Below, in pieces: positions 9,384 to 19,217 of a DNA stretch of 64,000 nt. Source of the DNA: a virus; the IMG/VR virus record IMGVR_UViG_3300001102_000006. One strand, given 5' to 3'. Below the pieces are notes generated by a model. The model ran no database searches. It saw nothing but the letters and a program-made list of their open reading frames with translations, and had not been told where the DNA came from. How positions within the stretch are numbered: the first letter of the stretch is position 1; each line of letters begins with the position of its first letter. The position numbers and the translations under genes are program-made.

Positions 9384-10844
9384 TTGGCATTCGCTGACGC
9401 AAACCGCGCGCAGATTCGTTACATCGAGGAGTCCACGTTCGGAACCACTCCGGGCGCAGGCACCACTCGCGAAGTGCGCCTGACCTCATCTTCGCTTACT
9501 GCGAACAAAGAAACCGTTGTTTCCGACGAACTCCGTGCTGACCGCATGGTTTCGGACATTGTTGAAGTGTCCGCATCGTCCGGTGGCGACATCAACTTCG
9601 AATGGTCTTCCGGACCAAACGACGAATTTATTGCGGCATTCCTTTTGGCGGAATGGACACGTCCTATGACGATGGACTTCGTTGAAGGCGCAATTCTTTC
9701 GATCACCGGAACCGATGAAATCACTGTTGCAGGCCGCGACGTGACCGCACTCTTTGTTGCTGGACGCCGAATCAAGCTTGTTGGTTGGCCAACTGCGGGC
9801 AACAACGGCTATTACGAAGTTGCAAGCTCCACCACTTCGGGCGCAGACACGGTGATCACCGTCACTGTAACCACACTCAGCACCGAGACCGGTGTTGTGG
9901 CTTCTCGTGTTTTCGACGCAAACGATGTTATCATTCTGAATGACACGAGCATCGCTTTCGCTGCAACCGGTATGACTTCGGCGGGCACGCCGTTCGCTGC
10001 GGGCATTGCGGCTGGCCAGTTTGTTCTGGGGCAGAAGATTTACGTTGACGACAGCACGGGACCGGGTGAGTCTGGTATTTATACCATCACCTCTCTGGCA
10101 GACAACGCCATTGGACTGTTGCCTGCGCCAAATGTTCAAGCCGCTGGTGCGGACATCACTGTCAAAGGTTCTCACGTCCGTAACTCTGGCGACGACACGT
10201 CCATTCAACAACGTTTCTTCTCTGTTGAAACCGCCTTCCAAGACATCGGTCAGTTCATGACGCAAGATGGCATGGTTCCCGGCACGTTCAATCTTGAGAT
10301 CGCGACGGGCGCAATTGTTACTGGAACCATCGGCTTTGAAGGCCGTGAGACTGCACTTGTACAGGCATCTGTACTTGGTGACAGCGGTAACTTTACCACG
10401 CTTGAATCGCAGCCCGGTGACGTTGTGAACGCAACCACTGACGTTGGTGATCTGGTCAAAGACGGCAGCCCGCTTCTTGCATGTATCCAATCGATCTCGC
10501 TGAACGGCGAAGCCGGTCTCCGCATGCAGAACTGTGTTGGCGAAAAGTTCCCACGCGGCATCGGTACAGGTCGGTTCAACCTGACCGGCTCGATGACTGT
10601 GTACTTTGAAGACGCTGACTTGTTCACCGACTTCATCGAACACAACACCATTTCGCTTGAGTTCTCCATCACGGACTCTGAGGGCATCTCGTACTACTTC
10701 ACGATCCCTGCTCTCAAGATTTCGCAAGACGAAATTGCTCCGGGTGGTATTGACCAAGACGTGTTTGAGAACATCGAATTCACTGCGTTCCGTGACGCAA
10801 CGACCGACACGATGTTCCAAATCGACCGGTTCTCCCCGAACTGA
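9384..10844 (+). CDS. Major tail tube protein with inserted beta-rich domain
   Basis: TTG start after AGGAG; YIEESTFGTTP, SDELRADR, GGDINFE, GRFNLTGSMTVYF motifs. Confidence 0.85.
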   Translation: MAFADANRAQIRYIEESTFGTTPGAGTTREVRLTSSSLTANKETVVSDELRADRMVSDIVEVSASSGGDINFEWSSGPNDEFIAAFLLAEWTRPMTMDFVEGAILSITGTDEITVAGRDVTALFVAGRRIKLVGWPTAGNNGYYEVASSTTSGADTVITVTVTTLSTETGVVASRVFDANDVIILNDTSIAFAATGMTSAGTPFAAGIAAGQFVLGQKIYVDDSTGPGESGIYTITSLADNAIGLLPAPNVQAAGADITVKGSHVRNSGDDTSIQQRFFSVETAFQDIGQFMTQDGMVPGTFNLEIATGAIVTGTIGFEGRETALVQASVLGDSGNFTTLESQPGDVVNATTDVGDLVKDGSPLLACIQSISLNGEAGLRMQNCVGEKFPRGIGTGRFNLTGSMTVYFEDADLFTDFIEHNTISLEFSITDSEGISYYFTIPALKISQDEIAPGGIDQDVFENIEFTAFRDATTDTMFQIDRFSPN

Positions 10845-10855
10845 TGTGACAATTT

Positions 10856-10877
10856 GTGAGGACCCACGGGTCCTCAC
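10856..10877 (+). terminator. Perfect hairpin after tail tube gene
   Basis: GTGAGGACC-CACG-GGTCCTCAC; no U-tract, so may be a stabiliser or attenuator. Confidence 0.5.
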
Positions 10878-11023
10878 TAACTAAATAACGGCGCTGCCCA
10901 TCGAAAGAGTAAGCGGCAGAGCCTTTTACCCGACATCTTGGAAACACCGAGATCGCCATGGCGCGGGGCGCGAGCGGTTGTCGGGGCCGATCCGCCCCAC
11001 CCTTTTCCCGACGAGGACTTACC

Positions 11024-11470
11024 ATGACTAAGAAAGCTGCTCCGGCACCTTTGAAGACGAACCTTCACGCAATTTTTCACACCGACGAACGCCTTGAAGA
11101 AGACGGCGCGTGGGTAACCGTAAACGAGATTTACGGGCTGAAAATTCGCATCCGACGCCTCCGCTCCGACGCGGCAATCAAGGCATATGAACGCATCACG
11201 CGCGAACTTTTTGGCGAACAGAAAATTCGTCGCCCAGAAGATTTGACGCGCGTCCAGTCGCTCGAAATCCTCAAACGTCAATTGGCAGACTCGGTTCTGA
11301 TCGATTGGGAAGGCGTTTACGACGAGGATGGCGAAGAAGTTCCGTACTCGAAAGAGGCGGCTATGGCTATGATGGAAATGAAGGACTTCCGAGAGTTCGT
11401 CTATCAGGCTGCAAACGAACGTGACACATTCCGCGAGAAGGCGGATGAGGACGCGGAAAAAAACTCCTAG
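11024..11470 (+). CDS. Tail assembly chaperone (gpG-like)
   Basis: Between tube and TMP; LEEDGAWV, LIDWEGV...VPYS motifs; GAGGA RBS. Confidence 0.85.
   Translation: MTKKAAPAPLKTNLHAIFHTDERLEEDGAWVTVNEIYGLKIRIRRLRSDAAIKAYERITRELFGEQKIRRPEDLTRVQSLEILKRQLADSVLIDWEGVYDEDGEEVPYSKEAAMAMMEMKDFREFVYQAANERDTFREKADEDAEKNS
11458..11464 (+). other. -1 programmed frameshift slippery site A AAA AAC
   Basis: XXXYYYZ heptamer two codons before the TAG; the -1 frame is open through to 11943. Confidence 0.85.
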
Positions 11471-11943
11471 AGTTCCTGCGGTGGAGTTTAGCCAACTCCA
11501 CCAGCAACTCGGCTTCCAAGAAAAAGTTTCTTGATGCACTCGACTCCGAAGAAAATCCCAAGCTGAAAAAGATGCGCGAAATGCGCGAAGCGAAGGAAAA
11601 AGCGGAAGGGCGTGAAACAAAGCCGCAGGAACCACCCCCGACATTATATCCCGATTTACACTGGGTATGGGCGTCTTACTGCTTTCTTGCAGATCGACGC
11701 GGTGTTGGTGCAAACGGCCCCCTACCTATTACTGTTGAAGCGATGGAATCCTTTTTACGGATGTCTAATCGTTATGTTTCTCCATATGTAGATCAAGTTC
11801 TTCGGTTTGTCCCGGCACTAGATCGCGAATACCTGCATGACTTTTATGACAAGCAGCGCAAAGAAATGGAAAAGCAGAAAAGAAAAGCAGAAGGGGGCGG
11901 CAAGCGCCGCACCGGCCAACCAAGTTTAGGTAAGAAGCGCTAA
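11464..11943 (+). CDS. Tail assembly chaperone frameshift extension (gpT-like)
   Basis: -1 frame reads LLEFLRWSLANS...MREMRE...; contains PPPTL..W..Y..L...R..G..G..PI..E pattern. Confidence 0.8.
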   Translation, partial: LLEFLRWSLANSTSNSASKKKFLDALDSEENPKLKKMREMREAKEKAEGRETKPQEPPPTLYPDLHWVWASYCFLADRRGVGANGPLPITVEAMESFLRMSNRYVSPYVDQVLRFVPALDREYLHDFYDKQRKEMEKQKRKAEGGGKRRTGQPSLGKKR

Positions 11944-14900
11944 TGGCTGAAACACATGAACTCCGATTGAAAATTAACGCGGCTGCCGCTCGTGCTGGCA
12001 GCCGCGAATTCGTCGGTGCGATTGAAAACATCAAGCGCGCGGTAATAGATTTGGAACGTGCCAGTGATGGAACGTTCAAGCGTCTCAGCAAAAATGCACG
12101 TGATGCCGGTAAAGCGGCGAACGTCAAGATTGATGCAGTAGATCGCACTGCTATTCGTAATCTAGATGAATTCGCAAAAATTCAAGCACAAGTTATTCGC
12201 CAAACCGCGACATCGCGCAATGGTCTTACGGGCCTCATGGATGGTCTACGCAATGTTACTGGTGCGTATGCGTCGGCAACCGGGCGCAGTGACGGCTATG
12301 GCACATCCATTACACGCACAAACACGGCGCTGACGCGCCAAGTACAACTCTTGGCACAGATCGCTTCTGCAAGCCGTCGAACAGGCGCGCAGGCGTCCCC
12401 ACAAGCGACCACACAAACAACACAGACTGATCGCGCCGCGCAACAGCAGGTTGCCATGCAGAACCGCGTCAAGCGGGCTGTGGATGACACACGTCTTGCG
12501 ACGGAACGTCTCGTTACGCAGTTGATGAAAGTTGGCGGGTTTAGCCAAATCAACTCTGTCTCTCGTGCGTTTCGCGATTTTCAGAAAGAAGTTTCTCGGA
12601 CATCGGTTACAACAGCGGAATTGGACGCGGCGAAAACGCGTCTGAATTCTTCTATGCGCAACGCGCAAACAGCCGTTGTCACCTTGACTGCAAAAGAGCA
12701 AGAGAATGCACGCGCTACGCGCGAGGCAGCAGCAGCCGCACGTGCGCACGAAGAAGCCGTTCGTCGCCAAAACGCTGCAACACGCGAAGCCGCCACTTCG
12801 GCGCGTCAACAAGCCACCGAAATGGAGCGCCAACAATCTGTTGCGCTGTCAAGCGCGGCTGCCCTGCGGCGTGCATCCGAGGAAACGGCACGCTTGTCTG
12901 AACGCATGCGCCGTATTGGTGATACACGCGGATTGGCTTCTATCAACGCTGCGTTGAATACTTTCCGGACAAATGTCGGCAACGGCGTAACCAGTGCAAC
13001 ACAACTACGTACTGCAATTTCTCAATTCGGTGCGTCAGCTTCTAACGCAAAGATTAGCCTTACTCAAATGGAAGGCACACAGCGCCGTGCGGCTGAAAGT
13101 GCGCGGACATTAGCTTCGCAACAACGGGATGCTGCAAACCAAGCACGCCGCGTTGAGCGTGAGATGCGTTCTGTTGCGGGCGCGTCTAGCGCCGCTTCTC
13201 GCGCTTTCCGTGAAGCTTCTGGCTCTATGCGCGGCATGGAAAATGCTTTCAGCGCTACGTATCAAATTGGTTCCGCGTTCCGTATCCTGATGGGATCGTT
13301 CACCATGGGCACGTTCATTCAGAGCGTGTTCCAAGCCGGTGCGGCTCTTGAACAATTCCGAGTGACAATGGAAGTTGCGACTGGTTCGGTCGCGGGCGCT
13401 GCCGATCAAATGGACTTCATTGACGACATGGCACGTACCTTGGGTACGAACTTGCGCACGGCTCGTGATGACTTTTCGAAGTTTGCCGTTTCCGCGAACT
13501 TGGCGGGCGTTGAAGCGGATACCGCGCGTGGAATTTTCCGGTCAGTATCCTCGGCAATGACTGTTATGGGCCGTGGCGCAGAAGACCAACGACTGGCTTT
13601 TCTTGCGCTAGAACAAATGCTTAGCAAGAACGTGGTATCTTCCGAAGAACTTCGCCGTCAGTTGGGCGAACGTCTTCCGGGCGCTGTGAACTTGATGGCA
13701 CGTGCTGTGGGTGTTTCGACACAAGAATTGAATAAAATGCTGAAAGCGGGTGAGTTGATCTCATCCGAAGTCCTCCCGGCGTTTGCCCGTGAAGTTGACG
13801 CAGCATTTGGTCCCGGCCTCGCCGCATCTCTTGAACGTGCTCCGGCGGCTTTGGGTCGCTTCCGTAACGAACTTGAATTCTTTATGTCTACTGTTGCTGA
13901 CAGTGGGTTCATGACCGCATTGGCAGATGGCTTTGACACACTTACGGAATCTATGCGTTCCGAAGAAATGCAAGATGTTGCGCAGCGCCTTGGTTCGGGC
14001 CTTGCTGATCTGACACAAATTGCCGTTGACTTTGCCGTTGTTTTTGTGGAAAACATTGAAACAGTGGGCCGAGTGGCGAAAGCCGTTGTTGCCGGTCTAC
14101 TTGTCCGTCAATTTGTTTTGCTTGGAAACGCAGTCATTACTTCGGCGCAGCGCGCATCTATTGGCTTCGCAACACTGACCGCAAGTATGGCGGGTAATAA
14201 TGCTGCCGCTCAGTCGAATACGGTGGCCACCGTCGCGAACAATAACGCGCGCCGTTTCAGTGCAGCACAAATTGCAGCAACTTCTGCTGCGTTCGACGTA
14301 AACACCGTTCGCCAAAACCTGAATACTGTCGCCGCTAACACCAACGCAGCCGCACAAACGCGTCTGGGTCGGGCGGTTTCTGTTGCCGGTGCTGCGGCGG
14401 GACGTGCCGGTACTGCGATGGGTGTTGCAACGCGTGTTCTTGGTGGCTTGGCAGGACCAATCGGTCTCGCTGTTACAGCGATCTCACTTCTTCCATTGTT
14501 GTTTGGTGATACGTCAAATGGTGCCGACGAAATGGCGAGCCGTATTGAAGCAGCCATTCGCCGTTCGGGCGCGTCTCTTGAACAGTTTGAACAACAAGCG
14601 CAACGTGCTACAAGCAGCATTCGCCTTCTTCAAACGATTGATGATATCGAAGTTCTTGAAGTTTCTCTTTCGGAATTCCGCCGCACGGCTACCGGTGAGA
14701 TTGATGCGATCAATATGGCGTTCGCTTCTTTGCGTGACGGCACCGAGCTTTCGTTCGACCGCGCACGTTTTGATACGCAACTCATCGAAGGTTTGTTTGG
14801 TCCAGATGCCATTGGTATGCTCAATGATTTGAGCGGGGCAACGCAAGACACTGTACAAGATATTCTGGGTGCCGCACAAGAAGCCATTGAATCCGGAGAA

Positions 14901-17900
14901 GGGTTCCTTGCGCTGCGCGGACGCATTGCAGAAGCGATGTCTGTCAACCCCTCGACCGAAGGTCTGCTGCGCCCAATCATGGAACTTACCGAGCAGCTTG
15001 CCTTGTCTGAGGCCGGTTCTGTACGCCTGCGCGCATCTTTGGTCGATGTTTACGGCTCTGCCGATGACCGCCTGTTGAAAGTGTTCGCAGACACCGCGCA
15101 GACTGTTGTTCAAACTGGTGACGGTGTGGATGATCTCCGTAACCGTATGAACAGCATGATGGGCGACTCGCCGCACTTGGCAGCAGAATTCCAGCAAATC
15201 TTTGATCAAGTTGGAATTGCTTTGCGTACCGGTATGGGCGCAGAAGCCTTTGGAGCAATTGTTTTGGACGTGTTTGACGATAGTGTAAATGCTATTGCCG
15301 AAATGCGTGCTGCAATTGTTGAAACCGAAGCAGACGTTGTTGAAGCGGGGCAGAATATGGGTGGCGCGATTGCCAGCTTTGACTCCCTGCTGCGTAACAG
15401 TTCTTCCTTCCTTCACTTCGGTGAGGGCGTCGTCCAAGAGATTTCTCGGGCGTCCGCCGCGCTTGACAGTTTTGATGATTTCTCTGTGACGCGTGATCGT
15501 TTGGAAGCAGTGTTTGACGGATTTGATTTCCCAACTGCGGAAGCCCGTGAATACGCCGAAGCAGTTATGGCTGGCTTCCGCGATCTTCCAGAAGGTCTGC
15601 AAACATATCAACAACTGAATGGACTGCTTAGCGATCTTGGGGACAATTTCGATCCGGCGGCAACCGAAGCATTTTCGGATGCGATGCGCGCAGGCGCTAC
15701 GGCTGGTCGCGAAAATGCGTTCTCGCTTTCTGACTATATTGACTTGCTCGAAACATACCGCGCCGAAGTAAACTCTGACGGCGCGCGCAATCATATTGAT
15801 AACCTCTTGGCGCAAGCCGAAGTTCTGCGTGTCGCACGTTTGGCGCAGCAAGAAGCTACACACGCGCTCGAAGCAAATACAACTGCTATGCGCGAGAACG
15901 GTGCAGAAGCAAATGCTGCTACTCAAATCATGGCAGCTTACGCTGACATCTACGACCGCGTAGGCAGCGCCGCTACAGAGGCACAGACAGCCCTGTCTAC
16001 GGCTCTTTCGCAGTCTCGTGAGCGCATGGACATTGCAGAGCTTGACGGCGCTGACGCAGCCGTTGCGGGCTACTTTGCAAGCTTCGGTCCCGGTGGTCGT
16101 TTGGTTGCCGCAGCACGCGCCGAAGTCGCGCTTATGCGGGAAGAAGTCACCGCGTTTATGAATGAATCTGGTGGCACCTTGCCAGACGGAGCTATTGCCG
16201 ATCTTCGCGCACAGATCGAAGCGCGCGAGCGTCTTATCGGACAATTTGTTACACAGCAAGAAGCACTGATCCGCGCGCAAAGTGCTGGATCAATCCAAAC
16301 GTCTGACAATGCACTTGTCACTGCTATCCGTGAAGTCAATTCCGTATTGCCTTCTTATTCCTCCGCAACGCAACGTGTTGTGGAAGAAACAATTGCAGCC
16401 GCACGCGCCGCAGCAGATAGCGGCGACGGCTTTATTGAACTCAACGCTCAAATTGATCAAGCACTTGCGAACGCGCCTTCCGCCGCGCCGCTTTTGGAAC
16501 GACTGCAATCTGTTATTGCCGAGTCGGCGCGCACCGAGCAAAGCATTATTGCAACGCGTCTAAGTGCAAACAACTTGTTTGATAATCCTTATGGGGATCA
16601 GGCGTCAGCGGCATTCGCAGAAATGGGCACGCGCGTTGTGAGCGGTTCTGCAACTGTGCAAGACCTGCACGAAGAACTTATGCGTCTTGTGGATGAAGCA
16701 CCACATCTTGAAGAACGTTTGACTTCTATTTTCACAGAAGCCATGAATGCAATGGAGAGTGGTGACGAATCTTTGTTCTTGTCCCGCATTGTTGACTTGG
16801 TTGATCAATCAGGTGTTGAGCTTGCACGTTTGCGTGAAGAAGCACGCATGACCGCTGTAGCGGCAGACGACGCCGCGATCACTTTCGCCAATTCTTTCCA
16901 AGACGTTCTTGGGACGCTTCAAGAAGTTTCTGGCGATCAAACAGGCGGTATCAACCTTGGAATCAGCGAAGCTGATATCATTCTTCTTACACAAGCAACG
17001 GCAGAATTCCAGCGCTTGAATGACACGGCTGTGTCGGTGAATGAATTGGGTGCGGTCCTTGACGGCCTTTCCTTCCCAAGCGCAGAAGCACGCAACTTTG
17101 CGACAGCGTTGACCGAGCAGTTCTCGGCGCTGCCTGCCGGGCAACAAAATTACGCAAACCTCAATGCGATCATGTTGGAGCTTGGTCGGTCGTACCCAAC
17201 GATTGAAGGTTCTGAATTCTTGGACCTTCTGCGTCAATCCGTATCCGAAGGAACCGCAGCAGGTGAAACAGCGGCTGCGTACATTTCCCGCCTTGAGGGC
17301 ATCCGAGACTCGATGCCTAACTCGGAATTGCGCGAATTGATCCAAGGCTTGATCGACGCAGCGACCGCAAAACGTGACGCGGCCCAAGCGGCGGCGCAAG
17401 CCGAAGGCGCGATTATTGGTGCAGGTAACGCCGCACAGACAGCCGGTTCTCAAGCGTCCGGCGCAGCGGCTGGTTTCTATCAACTGGCAGCAGCAGCCAA
17501 CGCGGCGTTTTCGGCAATCGCTAACGTCACCGCAAACGTAGGCTCTGCTATGGCTGATGCGTCTGCTCGCCTACAACGCGAAATCGAAATCACAGGCATG
17601 TCGGATCGTGACGCATTCGTCGCGCGCCGTACCGATGGCTTGGCTTCACGTCTCCAAGCAGAGGCGGATGCGGCGCGCGCGGCTGTGCAAGCACTGGCAG
17701 ATGGAACTCCGGCGCGTGCCGAAGCTGAGCTTGAATTGAACCGGGTTCTGAATGAACAAGCCGGAGCGTTGTCTGGTGTTCGTAACGAGGCTGGACTTCT
17801 ATTTGATGCCCAAGAGGCAGCACGCGCCGCCGCGTCGGCAGCAAGTGGCGGGTCCGGTGGTTCTGGCGGCTCTGGTTCTGCTGCGGAGCTTAGTGCCGAA

Positions 17901-19217
17901 GCCGAAGCGTTGAAAACGTTGACCGAGGGTGTCAATCAACACATCAACTCTTTGAACGCGCAAAACATTGCATACTCTCTTTTGATTACGCGTCAGACTA
18001 CTTCTGAAACGGCAGCCCGTACTTTGGGTGAAGCTATGGCGGCGGGTGTCGAGCTTACGGAAGAACAGACACGTGCAATCATCGAACAAGCCGAAGCCGC
18101 AGAACGTTTGAATGAACAACTGAGCATTCTGGCAAACGATCCGGTCAACGCATGGATGGATAGCGTACCAAGCTGGATCGAAGCCGGACAGCAAATCGAA
18201 GAAAGTGCAATCCGCGCTGTTTCCGACAGCTTCAAAGAACTTTTGAAGACTGGTGAATTCAGCATGGCAGCACTGGCTCAAACAATTATCGGTGCAGCGA
18301 TTGACATTGTTGCAGACAAGGCAGTCAAAGGTTTGATCGGCCTTCTGGGCGGAAACATTTCTGGTCAGGGTGAAGGTGGTTTCGGTCTCGGCGGATTGCT
18401 GGGCGGGCTGTTTGGTGGCGTCGATGAAAGCGGACCAACTTCTGTATTCGGGGGCGGCGCAGAGGGCGGTACTGAGGCGGCAATGATCCAAGCGGCATTC
18501 ACAACCGGTGGACAACAAGCGGCGACCCTGATCCAACAAGCGCTGGCGACAGGTGGACAACAGTTGGGTATGCAAACGCAGCAAGGCATGACGCAGGGCG
18601 GCATCCAAGCACAGCAACAAATCCAAATGGGTCACCAGCTTGGTGGTAGCCAAGCGGGCATCCGCGTTCGTACCGCACACTCTACCGGTGGTTCTACTGT
18701 TGGAATTCGTACCCGTCTGGCACACGTTCAAGGCGCGAACAGTCTGCGTCAGGGCGTTCAAACTGGTGCCGAAATCGGTGGCTCGATCATGGCAGGCAAA
18801 ATTCAGACCGCTTCGGCGGGCGCTGGCGGCGGAGGAATGGGCGGCTTCGGCGGAATTTTTGGAAGCCTGCTCGGGCTGTTTTTCTCAGAAGGGGGATTGA
18901 CAAGCGATCCTTCTCCTGTTAATACTCCAACGCATCTGCCTATGGACATGTTCAAGAATGCGCCGCACTTTGCGGAAGGCACCACGAACACTTCCGGTAT
19001 CCCTGCGATCCTGCATGACAACGAAGCGGTTGTTCCGCTGTCTAAAGGACGCAAGATTCCGGTGGACATGGGCGGCGAAGGCGGCAGCGGGAAGACGACA
19101 GTGATCAATCAAAACATCTCCATCGAATCTCCAACTCCGCGCGAATTCAACAACTCCCGCACCCAGATTGGTAGCACTCTGCGTCGTGCGGCCTCTCAGG
19201 GACAGCGGATTGATTGA
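11943..19217 (+). CDS. Tape measure protein
   Basis: 2424 aa, Ala-rich helical; tape-measure core ALEQMLSKNVVSSEELRRQLGERLPGA; C-terminal FAEG...IPAILHDNEAVVP. Confidence 0.95.
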   Translation: MAETHELRLKINAAAARAGSREFVGAIENIKRAVIDLERASDGTFKRLSKNARDAGKAANVKIDAVDRTAIRNLDEFAKIQAQVIRQTATSRNGLTGLMDGLRNVTGAYASATGRSDGYGTSITRTNTALTRQVQLLAQIASASRRTGAQASPQATTQTTQTDRAAQQQVAMQNRVKRAVDDTRLATERLVTQLMKVGGFSQINSVSRAFRDFQKEVSRTSVTTAELDAAKTRLNSSMRNAQTAVVTLTAKEQENARATREAAAAARAHEEAVRRQNAATREAATSARQQATEMERQQSVALSSAAALRRASEETARLSERMRRIGDTRGLASINAALNTFRTNVGNGVTSATQLRTAISQFGASASNAKISLTQMEGTQRRAAESARTLASQQRDAANQARRVEREMRSVAGASSAASRAFREASGSMRGMENAFSATYQIGSAFRILMGSFTMGTFIQSVFQAGAALEQFRVTMEVATGSVAGAADQMDFIDDMARTLGTNLRTARDDFSKFAVSANLAGVEADTARGIFRSVSSAMTVMGRGAEDQRLAFLALEQMLSKNVVSSEELRRQLGERLPGAVNLMARAVGVSTQELNKMLKAGELISSEVLPAFAREVDAAFGPGLAASLERAPAALGRFRNELEFFMSTVADSGFMTALADGFDTLTESMRSEEMQDVAQRLGSGLADLTQIAVDFAVVFVENIETVGRVAKAVVAGLLVRQFVLLGNAVITSAQRASIGFATLTASMAGNNAAAQSNTVATVANNNARRFSAAQIAATSAAFDVNTVRQNLNTVAANTNAAAQTRLGRAVSVAGAAAGRAGTAMGVATRVLGGLAGPIGLAVTAISLLPLLFGDTSNGADEMASRIEAAIRRSGASLEQFEQQAQRATSSIRLLQTIDDIEVLEVSLSEFRRTATGEIDAINMAFASLRDGTELSFDRARFDTQLIEGLFGPDAIGMLNDLSGATQDTVQDILGAAQEAIESGEGFLALRGRIAEAMSVNPSTEGLLRPIMELTEQLALSEAGSVRLRASLVDVYGSADDRLLKVFADTAQTVVQTGDGVDDLRNRMNSMMGDSPHLAAEFQQIFDQVGIALRTGMGAEAFGAIVLDVFDDSVNAIAEMRAAIVETEADVVEAGQNMGGAIASFDSLLRNSSSFLHFGEGVVQEISRASAALDSFDDFSVTRDRLEAVFDGFDFPTAEAREYAEAVMAGFRDLPEGLQTYQQLNGLLSDLGDNFDPAATEAFSDAMRAGATAGRENAFSLSDYIDLLETYRAEVNSDGARNHIDNLLAQAEVLRVARLAQQEATHALEANTTAMRENGAEANAATQIMAAYADIYDRVGSAATEAQTALSTALSQSRERMDIAELDGADAAVAGYFASFGPGGRLVAAARAEVALMREEVTAFMNESGGTLPDGAIADLRAQIEARERLIGQFVTQQEALIRAQSAGSIQTSDNALVTAIREVNSVLPSYSSATQRVVEETIAAARAAADSGDGFIELNAQIDQALANAPSAAPLLERLQSVIAESARTEQSIIATRLSANNLFDNPYGDQASAAFAEMGTRVVSGSATVQDLHEELMRLVDEAPHLEERLTSIFTEAMNAMESGDESLFLSRIVDLVDQSGVELARLREEARMTAVAADDAAITFANSFQDVLGTLQEVSGDQTGGINLGISEADIILLTQATAEFQRLNDTAVSVNELGAVLDGLSFPSAEARNFATALTEQFSALPAGQQNYANLNAIMLELGRSYPTIEGSEFLDLLRQSVSEGTAAGETAAAYISRLEGIRDSMPNSELRELIQGLIDAATAKRDAAQAAAQAEGAIIGAGNAAQTAGSQASGAAAGFYQLAAAANAAFSAIANVTANVGSAMADASARLQREIEITGMSDRDAFVARRTDGLASRLQAEADAARAAVQALADGTPARAEAELELNRVLNEQAGALSGVRNEAGLLFDAQEAARAAASAASGGSGGSGGSGSAAELSAEAEALKTLTEGVNQHINSLNAQNIAYSLLITRQTTSETAARTLGEAMAAGVELTEEQTRAIIEQAEAAERLNEQLSILANDPVNAWMDSVPSWIEAGQQIEESAIRAVSDSFKELLKTGEFSMAALAQTIIGAAIDIVADKAVKGLIGLLGGNISGQGEGGFGLGGLLGGLFGGVDESGPTSVFGGGAEGGTEAAMIQAAFTTGGQQAATLIQQALATGGQQLGMQTQQGMTQGGIQAQQQIQMGHQLGGSQAGIRVRTAHSTGGSTVGIRTRLAHVQGANSLRQGVQTGAEIGGSIMAGKIQTASAGAGGGGMGGFGGIFGSLLGLFFSEGGLTSDPSPVNTPTHLPMDMFKNAPHFAEGTTNTSGIPAILHDNEAVVPLSKGRKIPVDMGGEGGSGKTTVINQNISIESPTPREFNNSRTQIGSTLRRAASQGQRID

